From: Camelus dromedarius
Taxonomy: Eukaryota
Direction of reading: 5' to 3'
Length of the DNA stretch: 64,000 bases
Assembly (NCBI RefSeq): GCF_036321535.1
Contig: NC_087436.1
Span: 62,064,001-62,128,000 of the forward strand
This document shows, one piece after another, positions 39,001-52,034 of this stretch (the first letter of the stretch is position 1; every line of letters begins with the position of its first letter). The position numbers were made by a program, and so were the translations under genes. The notes beneath the pieces are model-generated. The model searched no databases. It saw only the letters and a program-made list of their open reading frames with translations, and had not been told where the DNA came from.

Positions 39001-39620
39001 TCTCTGTGCTCATTTGGCTCTGATCATACCAGGCTAGTCCTTGAATCTCTAAGTCCTTGTATCTGCTGTCCCCCATCTGTCCAAGCAGGTGTCATTTTAT
39101 CGCACTTTGCTTTATTGTGCTTCACAGATACTGCATTTTTTCTTTTCTTCCTTTCTTTTTTTTTCTTACAAATTGAAAGTTTGTGGCAATCCTGTGCCAA
39201 GCAAGTCTGTTGGGGCCATTTCCAACAGCATTTACTCATTTCCTGTTTCTGTGTTACATTTTGCTAATTCTCACAATACTTCAAATCCTCTACCAGCAAA
39301 AAGATTATGATTCACTGAAGGCTCAATCATGGTTAGCATTTTTTAGCAATAGATTATTTTTTAATTAAGGTATGCACAGAGTTTCATTAGATATAACGCT
39401 ATTTTACACTTAATAGGCCACAGTATAGTGTACACATAGCTTTCATATGCACTGGGAAACAAAAGATTCTTATGACTTGCTTTATTGTGATGTTTGTTTT
39501 ATTGGGGTCTGGAAACATATCTGCAGTATCTCCAAGGTATGCCTATAATGCCTCTTATACAGATATTCATGTGGCTTGCTCCTCAGTATTTTCAGAAATT
39601 TATCCAATTATTATCAAGAA
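39000..39620 (+). mobile_element. L2 fragment split by Tigger1 insertion
   Basis: tgctgtcccccatctgtcc.. before the Tigger1 resumes as aatgcctcttatacagatattcatgtggcttgctcc after it. Confidence 0.55.
39086..39545 (+). mobile_element. Tigger1 internal-deletion derivative (Tigger1a_Art-like)
   Basis: Tigger1 left end (gctttattgtgcttcacagatactgcattttt..tacaaattgaaagtttgtggcaa) fused to right end (ccagcaaaaagattatgattcactgaaggctca..tatctccaaggtatgcct). Confidence 0.9.
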
Positions 39621-40304
39621 AGGATAACAGAATCCACAGTCATGTCAATGTATCTCATTAATAATATACACAAAAATAGTAAATTACTTTATACTTTTGT
39701 AAAACAATACAAAATTTTAGGCAAGATTGACCATTTAATAATACGAATAATTTGGACACTTCAGATCTTAACCAATCTCTGTCATTCTTTAGTAACAAGT
39801 TATATCTTCTGATACTATTGCTTAGAGTTGTGTTTCTATTTAAAAATTATTTTGCCTGCCTAATAGTTCCGTATTTAAGAGATGAATTAATAAAAGTCAT
39901 GCCTGAGATTTTCTAAATTCTGTTCCTCATATTTTTGTATATTAACATTTTTGTATTTTAACTTTATAAGCATTATGAATTTGCAAATTTAAACCATCTA
40001 TATCCCACATCCATTCTACTCCTTTCCATTCGCAGAACAGTGGAGGTGATTAAGATTAGGGTGAGGAGCAGAGCTTTCAGTGCCAGGGACTGTATTTAGG
40101 ATTTTGTATACAGCACTACAGGGGACACAGAAACTAAAGACTGAAACAAAACCATGATAAATTTCAGAAACCTAGTCAATTCTGAGGATATGGGAAGTGG
40201 AAAGTCACCATTTTAAGGTAGTAAAATTAGTATGAAAAATTGGTTTATAGAGTCAGCTTTATCACTGAAGAAACAAGAAAATACATAAATGGGGCAAGAA
40301 TAAG

Positions 40305-40334
40305 TGTGTGTGTGTGTGTTTGTGTGTGTGTGTG
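40305..40334. repeat. Interrupted (TG)n microsatellite
   Basis: Direct reading. Confidence 0.9.
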
Positions 40335-43099
40335 ATTGTGGTTATAGTGGTTAAGGGAATAGTGAGGTAGGATGGAGCAGGAAAATCTGGTCAGTTGTGA
40401 AAACACCAGCTGGCATTTATACATTTATTTTAAGAGCTGGTATGGATTGTGGTGTGTGTATCATCAGGCTAGCTTAGAAAGGCAGAGGTCAAGTGGACAT
40501 CACACTACAGATAACACAGCCAATAAAGTGAATCAAATCTATCTGACCACATTAAATTTCAGAAAGTCATCTGATAGCACTGATGTGACTGATGAATCCC
40601 TATTCTCCTTTTACAGGTAGGGCAGGTGCTGGTTCTGTGTCTGCTGTGAGAACTGTGGCTTGTACTGTAATCTTAATAGCCTGACTGATGATGAGACTGT
40701 CAACATTATAATGCTGTTTTCTAAACCTTGAGCCCGTGTACATCAAACACAGAATAACTGTATTTGTCCTAATACACTGTAGAAACTGCAGCATTCATCT
40801 TCTCCTTCTTATTGAAGTAACTCCTACAATCTTTACTTGTCACAGATGTATAACCAGAACCACCAGTATATTCATACTTTCACCCAGGGTTCTGTTTTCA
40901 TTATTTAAATACTGTCACTCTTCAAAATGTATCTATTATGGTCTCCCCCCCCACAGTTTTTCAGGACCTTTCTCCTTACTTGATAATAATTTATATACAC
41001 CTAAATATTACTGTGATTAAAGGTTAAAGTGACATCTCTATAGCTATAATTATTCCTATACTTATATAATGCATACACACATACACATACATACAATATA
41101 AAAGTTTATATACATATACATCTGTATGTATATAGGTAGATGTAGTTACCAAATAAAATCAGAATGTAAGGTCTCCAGCAATAATATAAACCTTCCAATC
41201 ACAGTCTCTGTGTCTTCTTAAAATCTACAGTTTAAAAAAAAACAATAAAATCATTGTATAAATACTATTTAAAATACAATAAAGAAATAAATTACTTCTG
41301 TTATTCATGTGCTTTTCATATTGTTATAATATGCAAAAACCTTCCCCTCAATATGATTATATTTGGATTCACATATAGATATATATATGTGTATACACAC
41401 ATCACACACACGCACAATTTCAGAGTTCCTGCTTTCAACAGGGATTAAAAGTAGAAAGAACAGACTAGCATCCCACCCTTGCTTAGTTCTTCATTTAGCA
41501 GGTGGTGTGGTTAACCCCGTGAGACACACAGGGACCAAACACTGCCAGTCTGCCTAGACCTAGCAGGGGCCTCATGGAAGGGCTGTTAAAATGGAGAAGG
41601 CATTGGGCCATTAGGGTTGTCAGTAACATTAATGCTGTTAAGTGGGACATGGTAAAAGAATTTTAATTATTCGTCTTCTGATGCCTTTCTGTCACACACT
41701 GGCTCTTGGAAAGTTTCTGTCAGATAGAAGCCCCCGGGGCAGATTTCTGAGGAGATTATAGGGTAGACAAAATATGGCATGTATAAGAGACACGGACCAT
41801 CCATAAACAGAACTGATACTGCTGCCCCATCAGGGTAATTTTCTCTGTAAGCCAAAATATGCACACTCTACTCAATACAGAACTCCAATCTATTCAAGCC
41901 CCCACTTGAAGTAAAACCTATTTCCCATTCCAGGAGGACTGAGAGTTCAAAACAATATGGTACAAGGCCGGTGTTCTTGTCCTAAGGTTTAAGGCTGGAC
42001 TTTCTCTGATAACCCCATTCATTTAAAGCGCCTTTGAGAGGAATTCCTTGCACATTTAATTGACAGAGTATGCAAAATCAACCAAATAGAACTGTATACA
42101 AAAGAGTAAGTTGCCAATCACGGGTGATTTAGATAGCTTAGAAAGGGCTCTCTCATAACTACATATTTTTTTTTTCCTTGTGCAAAATAAACTGGATTTT
42201 AAGAACTTCATCTGTCACTAATTGCAAAATACAACGTGCCTGGTTGTTCTGCTGATTTGTTCAGGTAATTTTCTAACTATTTATTTAAACTTTGTATGCA
42301 TAATGAATTTACAGCTGATCCCAACCATGATTATAAATACAAATGAAGTATTATAAATTATCATGTAAAATGCATAACTAGAGAGTAATATCTTAAACTA
42401 GCGCTACATTTAAATAGCAAAAATGGAGTGCTTACAAGTTGGATAATTATTAAGTTGAAGACAATGAATATATCTCCATTAGGGGCTGACTGCTGCTTCT
42501 GATTATCTAGTGTTAAGTTGTTCCCCACTTTTAAGGGCCTGTTTATTTCATATGAATGTTATACAGTAGAACAAAGCTATTCTAGATTAGAACATATTGA
42601 TTATGTGCTTGTATTGAAAGGCGATGCTGTACCAATAGCATTCAAAATTGTGAAGAATTAAAATAAATATGCAGGCTAAATGAGACAGATCTGTAATAGA
42701 TATATGACAGGAAAAGTTGAAGTTTGGCCTAAATAAAAGACTAAGCCTAGTAGCCATTGAAACCTATTATTTGTCAGATCTACCCGTTTACTCAGGATCT
42801 TACATGTACACGTATGCAAACACACAAGTCCAGCACACACATGCGGCTTCTGCCTTTGCCCGAAGCCTCCACCTTGGGCAGGTAGGACCACTTCACCTAC
42901 ACCTGTGGATTTACTCTCATTCCAGAGCCTGGGACCTGTTCTGATCTCAGCAAAGCTTAGTATAAGTAGTTCTAGGTTAATATATTGTCAGTGACACAGG
43001 CAACTATAGAGGAACTCTGCAGTGTGTTATGTTCAGATAATTGAAAATACAGTTAGCTTCTGGTAATTAATTTTTAAATGTATGCATGTATGAAGTTAA

Positions 43100-43350
43100 T
43101 GAGATTAGTTGGCTTTTTCAGAAAGCACACAGATCCTGACTCAAACCTTTGCTCTAACACATCCATTTTAGAGACCCTACATAAACCACTTATAGATGTT
43201 TATAGTCTTAATTTATAAAGTGTGAGTATAACTTCCATATAAATACATCCATAGATAATCATTATCACATGAGGATTTTATGGAATTTAATGAATTAATA
43301 CACAAAACATGCTTATTCTAATTCATAGTGCATACTGTATGCTCAGTAGA
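43100..43350 (+). mobile_element. Decayed MIR
   Basis: tcaaacctttgctct..ataaagtgtgagtataa..ttatggaatttaatgaattaatacacaaaacatgctta..catactgtatgctcagta. Confidence 0.5.
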
Positions 43351-43564
43351 TTTTCTTAAGTCGGGATGACTTCCTGATGAGAGGAGGAGAGCAGAAATGG
43401 AAGTGCATGACGATGGAGAAGCAGAGAGTAAATGTTTGATTGTGTTTCTCTAGGACTGTGCTGGCAAGAGCTACAATGAGGTCTGGAGACATGAATATCG
43501 TGTTGTGGGAGAGTGTGGTGCACTTGGCTTCGTCAATGGACCAGAAAGAGTATACATGATGCTA

Positions 43565-44252
43565 GGTCATCTTTGATTCCTCCTTCTTCTGCACAGGCCA
43601 CAACCAAACCATCAGCAAACTGATCTGACTAGGTCTCATCCCGTCTACTCATCCAATAAGCCAGGCACAGTGTCAGAACCGCCTCACTGGCTAAGGCTAT
43701 TTTCAGTGCAGCAACCAGAGCTATTCTTTAAAATGTATGTCAGTTGTGTTATTTTTCCATGATAAACCCTCCAATGGCATCTCAAAGTAGTGAAAAGCCA
43801 GTGTTCTTTACAGTAGCCTGCAAGTCTCTAACCAGTCTGGCGCCTGCGTTTCCAGTCTTGCTCCAGCCCCAGGGCTGCAGGCTGCTGCTCTAGGGTTTCT
43901 GTACTTGCTGTTCCTTCTGCCTAAAACTTTCTTTCCCGGATACCCATGTGGCTTCTCTCTCATTTACTACTGGTCTCTGCTCATCATGCAGCTTCTACAA
44001 ATATCATCCCACCCTGCCACTAGACACTCCCTAACTTCCATCTCTGACTTTTACCTCTCTCTGTAGCATTTATTATCTTCTAACATAAGGCATATTTTCT
44101 TGCTTTTCTGTTTATCTTTTCCTCTCCCCTCATGCATGCCTTCACAATCCAAGTTCTCTGAGTCCAAAAACTTTGATTGTTTATATTCCTAATGCCTAAA
44201 AGAATCCCTCGCTAATTGCAGGTGATTATTAAATGTTTATACAGTTAATAAA
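43565..44252 (+). mobile_element. L2a 3' portion
   Basis: gtcatctttgattcctcc..gcagcaaccagag..aaaccctccaatggc..cttgctgttccttctgcct..tagcatttattatcttctaacata. Confidence 0.8.
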
Positions 44253-45499
44253 GATTATTCTAATGCTGTGCTCTAAAAGCAATAGTATAATTATTCTTTC
44301 AGTTTTTCATACATAATATAGGAAAGGGGTATAATGTATTCCAAGCAAATACTCAGAGGAAAAGAACACTCTTTTCTTACAAAGCAGTACATTAACAAAA
44401 ATATCCACTTGGTGGAATATAGTGGAGGAATTCCAGGATCAAGGTCTGATGATGTTTGACTAAGTAGAATTTTCTTAAACTAGAAAAGGAATGTCCAAAA
44501 CTTACCTAGCAAGTCACTTTAGTAGGAAGCTCATAATATATTTTCATGGTGAATTCAGTCTGTCCTTCTACCCCTAGTGAGGCTGTCTAATTATTCCTCA
44601 ATAGATATTACCTATTCTTTTCAGGTTCATCTTATATTTTTAAAAAGACCAAACACCTAATCCTTAGAATTTAAAAGTTTGCACCTGTGATCATTTCAGC
44701 ATTCTTAGAATACATGTATTTGAACGTGCAGTTTCTTTAATAATTTACATAATAATGATAATTCCCCCTGTATCTATAATATTTTAGTCTTATCAAAGTT
44801 TTTTGATGTTCATTATTATCAATGTTGATGATGTTTGGCTTATGAACTACCTTCTAATCCCCTGGTTAATTTGGTTATTTAGTCACAAATACTGGGTGGA
44901 TAAAAGGTGAGAGTGCTTGAGAATCGGTTCTGAATTATTTTCATGAATGGCAGAATCTGCCTGTAATCTATTCACTTCACACAGCAAAAGCTTCTGGGAA
45001 GCACTGGAAAAAAACCTTAGAGGAGCTGTCATCTCCCCCAAGGGGGTGACTACATTTAGATTAATGTTGGTGCTACTGCATTTCTCTGGCGCTCAGGAAA
45101 TTACTGCCCCTGAAAAGGAATATCTGAGATTAGGGAAGAGGGCAGACATAGGAGCTTCAAAAGAGGAGAAGCCAAATTTTCTCATTTTCTCAGAAGCACA
45201 GTATTACCATTTTTCTGGCTATTTAGCAAGAAAAAGCCAAATAAAAAGGCTGCTATTTAAATGCATATTCACTCTATAAAATTCCAGTCATCTGCTATCA
45301 ATATAAGCAGATTTTTTATTGTTAAAGGACTATATATTTTTAAAGTTTCCTTATCTCTTAAAGGAAGACTAAACAGATTTGAAAAGTTTGTGTTACACAC
45401 TTGCGTGCCAAATACAGAAATAGTTTAAGTGTACATCATATTTTAGACAATGGGTTGGGGTTTTATATTTATTAATTCATTCAACACACACACATGACA

Positions 45500-45625
45500 C
45501 AAACTAAAGATGAAAGATTGAAGCTCAGAAGTTCAGTACCATGCTCAAGGTCACGACACCAGTGAGTTCAGAGATGTATTTAGCCTTTGGTCATCTCATT
45601 CAAAGTCCAGAAATTGTTCTCCTAT
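45500..45625 (-). mobile_element. MIR fragment
   Basis: agatgaaagattgaagctcagaagttcagtaccatgctcaaggtcac..ttcaaagtcca. Confidence 0.65.
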
Positions 45626-46667
45626 GGTCATCGCTACCTCTTTTGATGATCGAAAATAGAATGAATATATTCATAACTATATTTTTAACAGCATGTTTAT
45701 ATGCTAGCATTCTCTGTTATATACTTTATGTCCTGGCATGTCTTTGAAAACGACATCTTGCTTTACCTGAAGAAAAGTAATTGTCAAAGTTAGTCTTAAT
45801 GATATCATTTCTCTTGCTTGTTCTACTTCTGAGTTATTTTTATCTTGTGGTTTATTTATTTTGGCACAGCAAGATTCACAGCTTCCCCTGCAATTTCATA
45901 AAATGTTTCTTGCTTCATAACCTTGTTGGCTGCCCTAATTGTAATGTTCCTCCAAAATCAAGAGAGTTGGGGCTGTTACAGTTTTTCTGTCTAATTTCAT
46001 ATACTTTAAGCACATATAGGCTAGAGCATATTTGTGAGTGTCATGCACGGTTCTCTTCCTCCATTTTCCGTTCTTGTTGTCTATACTCCATGATCTTCAT
46101 GGAGATTATTACACCTTAAAGTTTTGGCTTCAGAGAATGTTGAGATAAATAGTTTTGATTAGTTTTCATATTGTATTTACATAATTCATTTTTTCTATGA
46201 GTGGAGAATATTGCTATTCACCTAAAAGTCGTTTTTTTTTTTTTTACAAATTTCAATATTTGCTGCTCTATTTGAAAATGCTAGCCAATTGGAATTCATT
46301 AAACAAGTTGCATAGTCATATCTGCAGTATCAATATGACACATGTGTTTTCACTTGACTCTTTTTTTTACATGCCTATCCTAATTTGGAGGACACTGTTA
46401 CATTGTCCTTTTAGTGATGGTTTATTGTCTACAGTAAAGCAAACTTCAGGACAAGCCTTGGAAATGGAAGACAAATAATAAAGATCTGCCCTCTCGAGCC
46501 TTATGAAGGTAGAAAGTATACCATGTATCTCAATACAATGCAGTGCTAAATTCATTCCAGATAGTCAAACAGGACACTGCAAGTTTATAAAACAATGAGA
46601 AAAATAAGAAATGTAAAATGCAGTAAAAAATTCATGTGTGGAGGCCAGGTATCTCAAACCAGATTTT

Positions 46668-46738
46668 TTTTTAAATGGAGCTATTAGGAACCTGTGTATT
46701 CCAAGCATGAACTCTACCACTGAGCTATACCTCCCCAC
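46668..46738 (-). mobile_element. Vic-1-like SINE, internally deleted, with 15-bp TSD
   Basis: aagcatgaactctaccactgagctatacctcccc (reverse A-box region); TSD ctcaaaccagatttt (46653-46667) / ctcaaacaagatttt (46739-46753). Confidence 0.85.
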
Positions 46739-47504
46739 CTCAAACAAGATTTTGCTATTAGGAATTTGCAAGTTCTTTCTCAAAGCTGGAATGAAAATTG
46801 TATATGGGGGGATTGGAGGGAGAATTAAATAGAGAGAGAGGCAGGAATCTGCTTATAAAATAGCTCTGGAACCTAAGGCATGAAGTTAAATTTTACAATA
46901 AAAATTAAGGAGAACAAGAGTAAACATACCATCTATTGGGTCCTTTTCAGATTCGTCTATTTGTGGTAAAAGGACTGTTGATCACTGCTATATTTAAAAA
47001 GCCAGAGAGAGAAATTTTTTTCAGTTAAATGCATAATACGTATATGCTTGAGACTTTCCATTCTGATTAGCTTTTGGATAATTAACCTATAAGAAACATT
47101 CAAACTGCATTTCTCTCACCCTATGTTTGACTATTTCTATTAACTAGCAGTACTCTAATTAGAAATGTAAAATCTAATATTAGAAAATGTATTTGGGATG
47201 TAGAGGAAAAATTAGGAGACCTGAGTCCCCGTTCCATTCTTGCCAATAATTGGCTAAAATATGGACTAAGCAAGGATATTAATCACATACCATTCTAGAT
47301 TTAATTTTATTCTTACTGCTGTTTATGAAACTGGCATCATTAACTTCATTGTGTAGGTAAGGAGATTTCTAAAACACATTAAATGTAAGTATCTTGTCCA
47401 GGTTTACAAAGATAATACGTGACATAAGTAATTTTTAAACCTAGAGTACCTGATTTAGAGTATAGACTTTCTATCCCTTTTTCATTTCATCCCTAGGCAG
47501 CCTT

Positions 47505-47737
47505 AATTATGTATATTTTCCCAGGTGATTTTAAACATGTAGAAGGTTGAGTAACACTGTGCTGGATCAGTGCTTCTCATATTTAATGTGCATTCAAAGG
47601 ATCTGAGCATCTTGATAAAATCTTGATAACCATATTCTGGTTAAGTGTGTCAGGTTGTGGCCAAGAGTCTGCAGTTCTAACAATCTACCAGACGATGCTG
47701 ACGCAGCTGGTCCGCAGAGCGTCCTGAATAGTAAAGT
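47505..47737 (+). mobile_element. MER5-family (hAT-Charlie) elements: partial end plus near-complete copy
   Basis: ttttcccaggtgatttt..ggttgagtaacactg, then cagtgcttctca..tgtgcat..gagtctgcagttctaacaa..ccagacgatgctgacgcagctggtcc..tgaatagtaaag. Confidence 0.75.
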
Positions 47738-47859
47738 ATTGTATCCTATTTAGCGTGCCACTATACCTGAAATAAAGCATTCTGTGAAGCTTACCAATTT
47801 GCTGTCAAAAGGAGGCAATGCTGCGTTTTCTATAAGGGGGGGGGCTCTGTTGTTATTGT

Positions 47860-48065
47860 GGATTTGCAATCTTGCCTCACTGTGGACTAACTGCATAAAC
47901 GAGCAAATTTCTGATCCCCTTGTGCCTCAGTTTCGTTGTTTTTTAAATGGTAGTAATAAAAATAACTACCATATACAATTTTGTGAATGTTTAATAAACT
48001 AATCAATGAAAAATGATTATTATAGTGTCTGCCATTTAAAAGTGATTAAGAACTCATTATTATTA
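47860..48065 (+). mobile_element. MIR SINE
   Basis: gagcaaattt..tgtgcctcagtttc..taaatggtagtaataa..tagtgtctgcca..cattattatta. Confidence 0.7.
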
Positions 48066-49199
48066 ATACTGTTCATTAGAATGTTTCATTTCTAGTTTGA
48101 CCCACATTAGAGAAGTTCAATACACTTCTCACAGAAGTTAGAACACACATGGAAATATCTACCTGTAGTCTTATGATTTACAAAGGTCATGCTGAAAAAT
48201 TATAAACAAAATATGAATAGAAAGACACGACATATTTATTTATCCTTAGCACCAAATTAGGCACACGTAAGATGTACAATATTAAAAAAATGCACACTAC
48301 AATGTAATTTGCTACCAGGTAAGGCAATTTTAATCATCTATCTGACTAAGTGCTTTAAAATATTTAGTATGAAGCTTATGACCTGTTTAGGCATATGTGC
48401 TTTTCTGAAAGACCTTGAGTTCTGAGACATATGGCTTCTAACAGAATTATTCTTTGATCCAAAGGCTTCCCTATTAAATACAAAGAATTTCCTATGCATT
48501 TCTTCACAATGTAGTATTAAAAAAAAAAGTTTGTTGGATATAATAACGAACTAAATGTATAGTTTCTGATTTTAACAAACCCCAAATTGCTTTATATTCT
48601 CCCATAGAGAGTTTGACCTACTTAGTAGATTGGAGAACTTTGCAATCTAAATCATATTCCTTCCTGACAGCAGGAATTCAAATCCCTTGAGGACTTACCT
48701 TAAGTAGGATTCATTAGTCCTCTGTAGTCCAGTGCCCCAGCTGTCCATGCTAAAGACAAAAGGGTAGCCAATTTAATTAACCACAGCCTGGAGCAGCATA
48801 ATTCATTATCAGTTTTTCCAAGTAATCTAAAACTATATCAATGTTCCCAGTGGAAGGATAGAGCCAACTGGTCTAATCAGGAAAGAAATCCCTGAAATCT
48901 AACTGCTCTTTTGACTGTTTAATTGAAGGTAAATTAAAGGCCATAAGAAGACCACAAAACTTATCATCAGAGAAGAGAGAACTATATTTCTTTTATGTGA
49001 TAAGAAGTCAATAATGTATATAATTAAGCTTCTGAAGGAGAATTATCTGTAACCCATTATGCCAAAACACTGTAGCTCTTTTGTTACCCTTAGTGTTTAT
49101 AACTAATTTTATGGCCAATGAACAGTTGAAGAGGTTATTTGCTGTTTACTGTAAGTGTCTGACACAAATCTAGTGACTAGAAACAGTTTCTTAATGACT

Positions 49200-49520
49200 A
49201 ATTTACTTACTCATCTATGAATTAAGAGCCTACTTTGTGCTGTGCTAAATGCAGAGAAGGTAAGGTAAAATAAGACATTTTTTCATCATTTTGCAATGCT
49301 ACCTGCTTATTAAGTGATGAGAGATGATGATACATAAAGTGACATTTTAAAAATTGAGTAAAGGGATGCATACAACAGTAAGGATTATAGGAATATTAGA
49401 GAAGATGACCTATAGGAAATGTTGTTTGAAGTGTTCCTGAAAGACAGCTTTAGAAATTATCAGGGCACAAATAGGTGAAAGAGATGAGACTTCATGACAT
49501 AGGGAGCACTGTGTAAAGTG
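49200..49520 (-). mobile_element. L2 3' fragment
   Basis: gagcctactttgtgctgtgctaaatgcagagaa..aaataagaca antisense L2 tail. Confidence 0.55.
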
Positions 49521-49599
49521 TGTCTGTAACTTTGCTGCGGTAGCGTGACTGGAGGAATAAATGGAAGCGAGTTCGACAGAAGATTTGTTGATGGCAACT

Positions 49600-49820
49600 A
49601 CCCCCTGACAGATTATATACTTGAATATGTTTTTCCCAAATATTAACTCATTCAGTCCTCTCAATATGTATCAAGGTATTCAAGCTTATCTTTGCTTTGA
49701 TAAAGACATTGAGAATTAAGAAGATATGTCCGTTGTTACTTACATTTCACAAATGATGCTCATGGCATCACTCACAAGGCTGCCTGATTCAAACCTGCAA
49801 TTTTTTTTCACCCTCTGCAC
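49600..49820 (-). mobile_element. MIR fragment
   Basis: atattaactcattcagtcctctcaa..aggtatt..gcctgattcaaacctg. Confidence 0.5.
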
Positions 49821-50194
49821 TAGCAAGAACTTGTGTGTTATATTAAGTCAATATTCTTTAGACAAGTATTGATCTATTATAATTATACTTGAAGTTCATG
49901 ATTATACTGGATTTGGGATACACATACACAAACACATACATACACACATATACCAAAAACAAGAACAAACAACAATAAAACCAGAAATCTAGCAACAGAT
50001 TGGGTATTGAATGGAAAGGATATTGAACACAAGTAAGAGATTAAGAGAAATTGACCTATTTTCAAATTATTTAAAAACTAATATGATAGAATACATGTTA
50101 AAAATGTGAATGTAACTTTTTTATCTTCTTTAATTAAAAATATGTATTGAATACATTGTATACGAATTGGCTTGCTTTTTTTCCCCAACAAACA

Positions 50195-50303
50195 TGTTCT
50201 TTTATTTGTTTATTTTTACATATATATTCTTTTTCAGATTCTTTTCTGTTATAGATAATTATAAGATATTGAGTACAGTTTCCTGTGTTATACAGTAGCT
50301 CCT
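50195..50303 (-). mobile_element. Short artiodactyl-type L1 3' fragment
   Basis: tatatattctttttcagattcttttctgttatagataattataagatattgagtacagtttcctgtgttatacagtagctcct. Confidence 0.75.
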
Positions 50304-51204
50304 AACTGCCTTTAAAAAAAAAAAACAGATATATGGTATTAAAGAAGCAGATGTTCCTTGTCATTATGTCTCTATTAAAAAAGATAGACATCAAACAAAT
50401 TGATACATGCTTTAACATAAATTTCATTGAATTAAGAAAACAGTAGCAATATCACATAGTGTATAACTCAAGCAGAAGTACAACAACACTTCTTGCAAAT
50501 TCCAGCACCAACAATTTTTGAATGCCTATTGTGTGCCAGGAACTTTTCAGACGACATCATGAACTTCAGCTGCTTGAGTTCTAATAAAGAATAAACCTGA
50601 CATTTTCCCAGAGTAACTGGGTGTTGGGAATTGAAGGCTCTATATTGATTTTCATCTACATTCCACTACACTAACTCTTTGCAACTAGATGTGATCATTT
50701 CAAATTGCAGCATCCAATTTCAAAAATGTCTGTGTGCGTGGTCTGACAGAAACATAATAAAATAAGTGATTAGGGAAAACTGTTTTTGACAACCTCTTCC
50801 AACTCTTAAGTTCCCATTTATGTATGCCGGGCTCTGCTTTCTCCTCAATCCATGTGCCACTGAAATGTGTGCCATTTCTCTCCGCTCTCCAACCTGATGT
50901 ACGAGCGTCTGTTTCTATAATTTCAAAAACTTAAGCAACAGATACACAAATAGGGTTTGATGGTCAATAATACTCACTTCTCACAGTAGTAACTTGAAGA
51001 TTGATCAGATAATTGTGTTATTAAGTATAGAGTGACTATGATTTCACCAGGTGTAAATGGAAGGAAACATGGATTTAAATTTAAAATAAACAAACAAAAA
51101 CATTTTGAGGAAAGCATTTTAATTACTCATGCAGAGTGAGGGCCAAAAAACAAAAGTGAAAGCTCTAAGAATATTTCAAAATGGACTCTGAATGTGAAGG
51201 AGCC

Positions 51205-51719
51205 TGTTTCAATTATCAGTTGTTGTGTAATAAATTATCCCATACCTTAGCACCTCAAAATAAGAAGTATTCATGGTGTCACAGTTTTTGTGGGTCAGGC
51301 ACTCAGCACAGCTCACTGGGGTCTTCCACCTCAGGGTGTCTCACAGGCTGCCATAGGTGTGGTGTGGGCTGAAGTCATCTCAAAACTCAACTGGAAGAGA
51401 GTTTGCTTTAGAGCTTATGTAGGAGGATTTAGCTCCTCACTGGTTTTTGGCCAGAGGTCTACCTCAGTCCCTCGGCATGGACGGCTCTGCAACATGGCCG
51501 CTTGCCTTTTTAAAGCATGTCATCCATGGGAAAAATAGGGTCTGCTAACATTACAGAAGCCACAATACTTAAGTAATGTAATTGTGAAAGTAATGACCCA
51601 TTATCTTTGCTGCATGCACTCTATTCAACAAAGCCAGTCAGTGGGTCTATCCCATTCTCAAGGCTTGAATGCCAAGAGACAGGGATTATTATGGACCATC
51701 TTGGAGTATGCCTACAACA
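51205..51719 (-). mobile_element. Complete MaLR solo LTR (MLT1F/E-like)
   Basis: TG..CA ends; 5-bp TSD gagcc/gagct; tcacagtttttgtgggtcagg..tctcacaggctgc..caacatggc..ccatcttggagtatgcctacaaca. Confidence 0.85.
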
Positions 51720-52034
51720 GAGCTTGTGTGCATATCTGTGATGGGCGATCTCTCAAGAGACTGTAAATAGCCGTTGCTGTAACTTTGATCTCAAAAAGTA
51801 GAAATCTGACAAATCACCACTTACTGATAAAAAACCAAATTCTTTTTTGAGCTTCCAAATGTGTAAATGTTTATGAATATATTTTTAATCTAATGCTTAT
51901 CAAACATAGAAAAAACAGAAATTTTTTCTCATTTCTCTAATTTTAGTGCAATTCAAAATAACAAACAGGACTTATTACACAATTCTAAAATTTTGAAAAT
52001 TGCAAAGAAGAATATTTGTAATTATGTATCATTT

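Noticed and set aside
40590..40700. TGATGA and CTGA motifs suggesting a C/D box snoRNA
   Set aside because: No terminal stem, C box context imperfect, no recognisable guide sequence
44947..45279. 110-aa ATG ORF in unique sequence
   Set aside because: No recognisable homology, splice structure or promoter context; such a length is expected by chance in 64 kb
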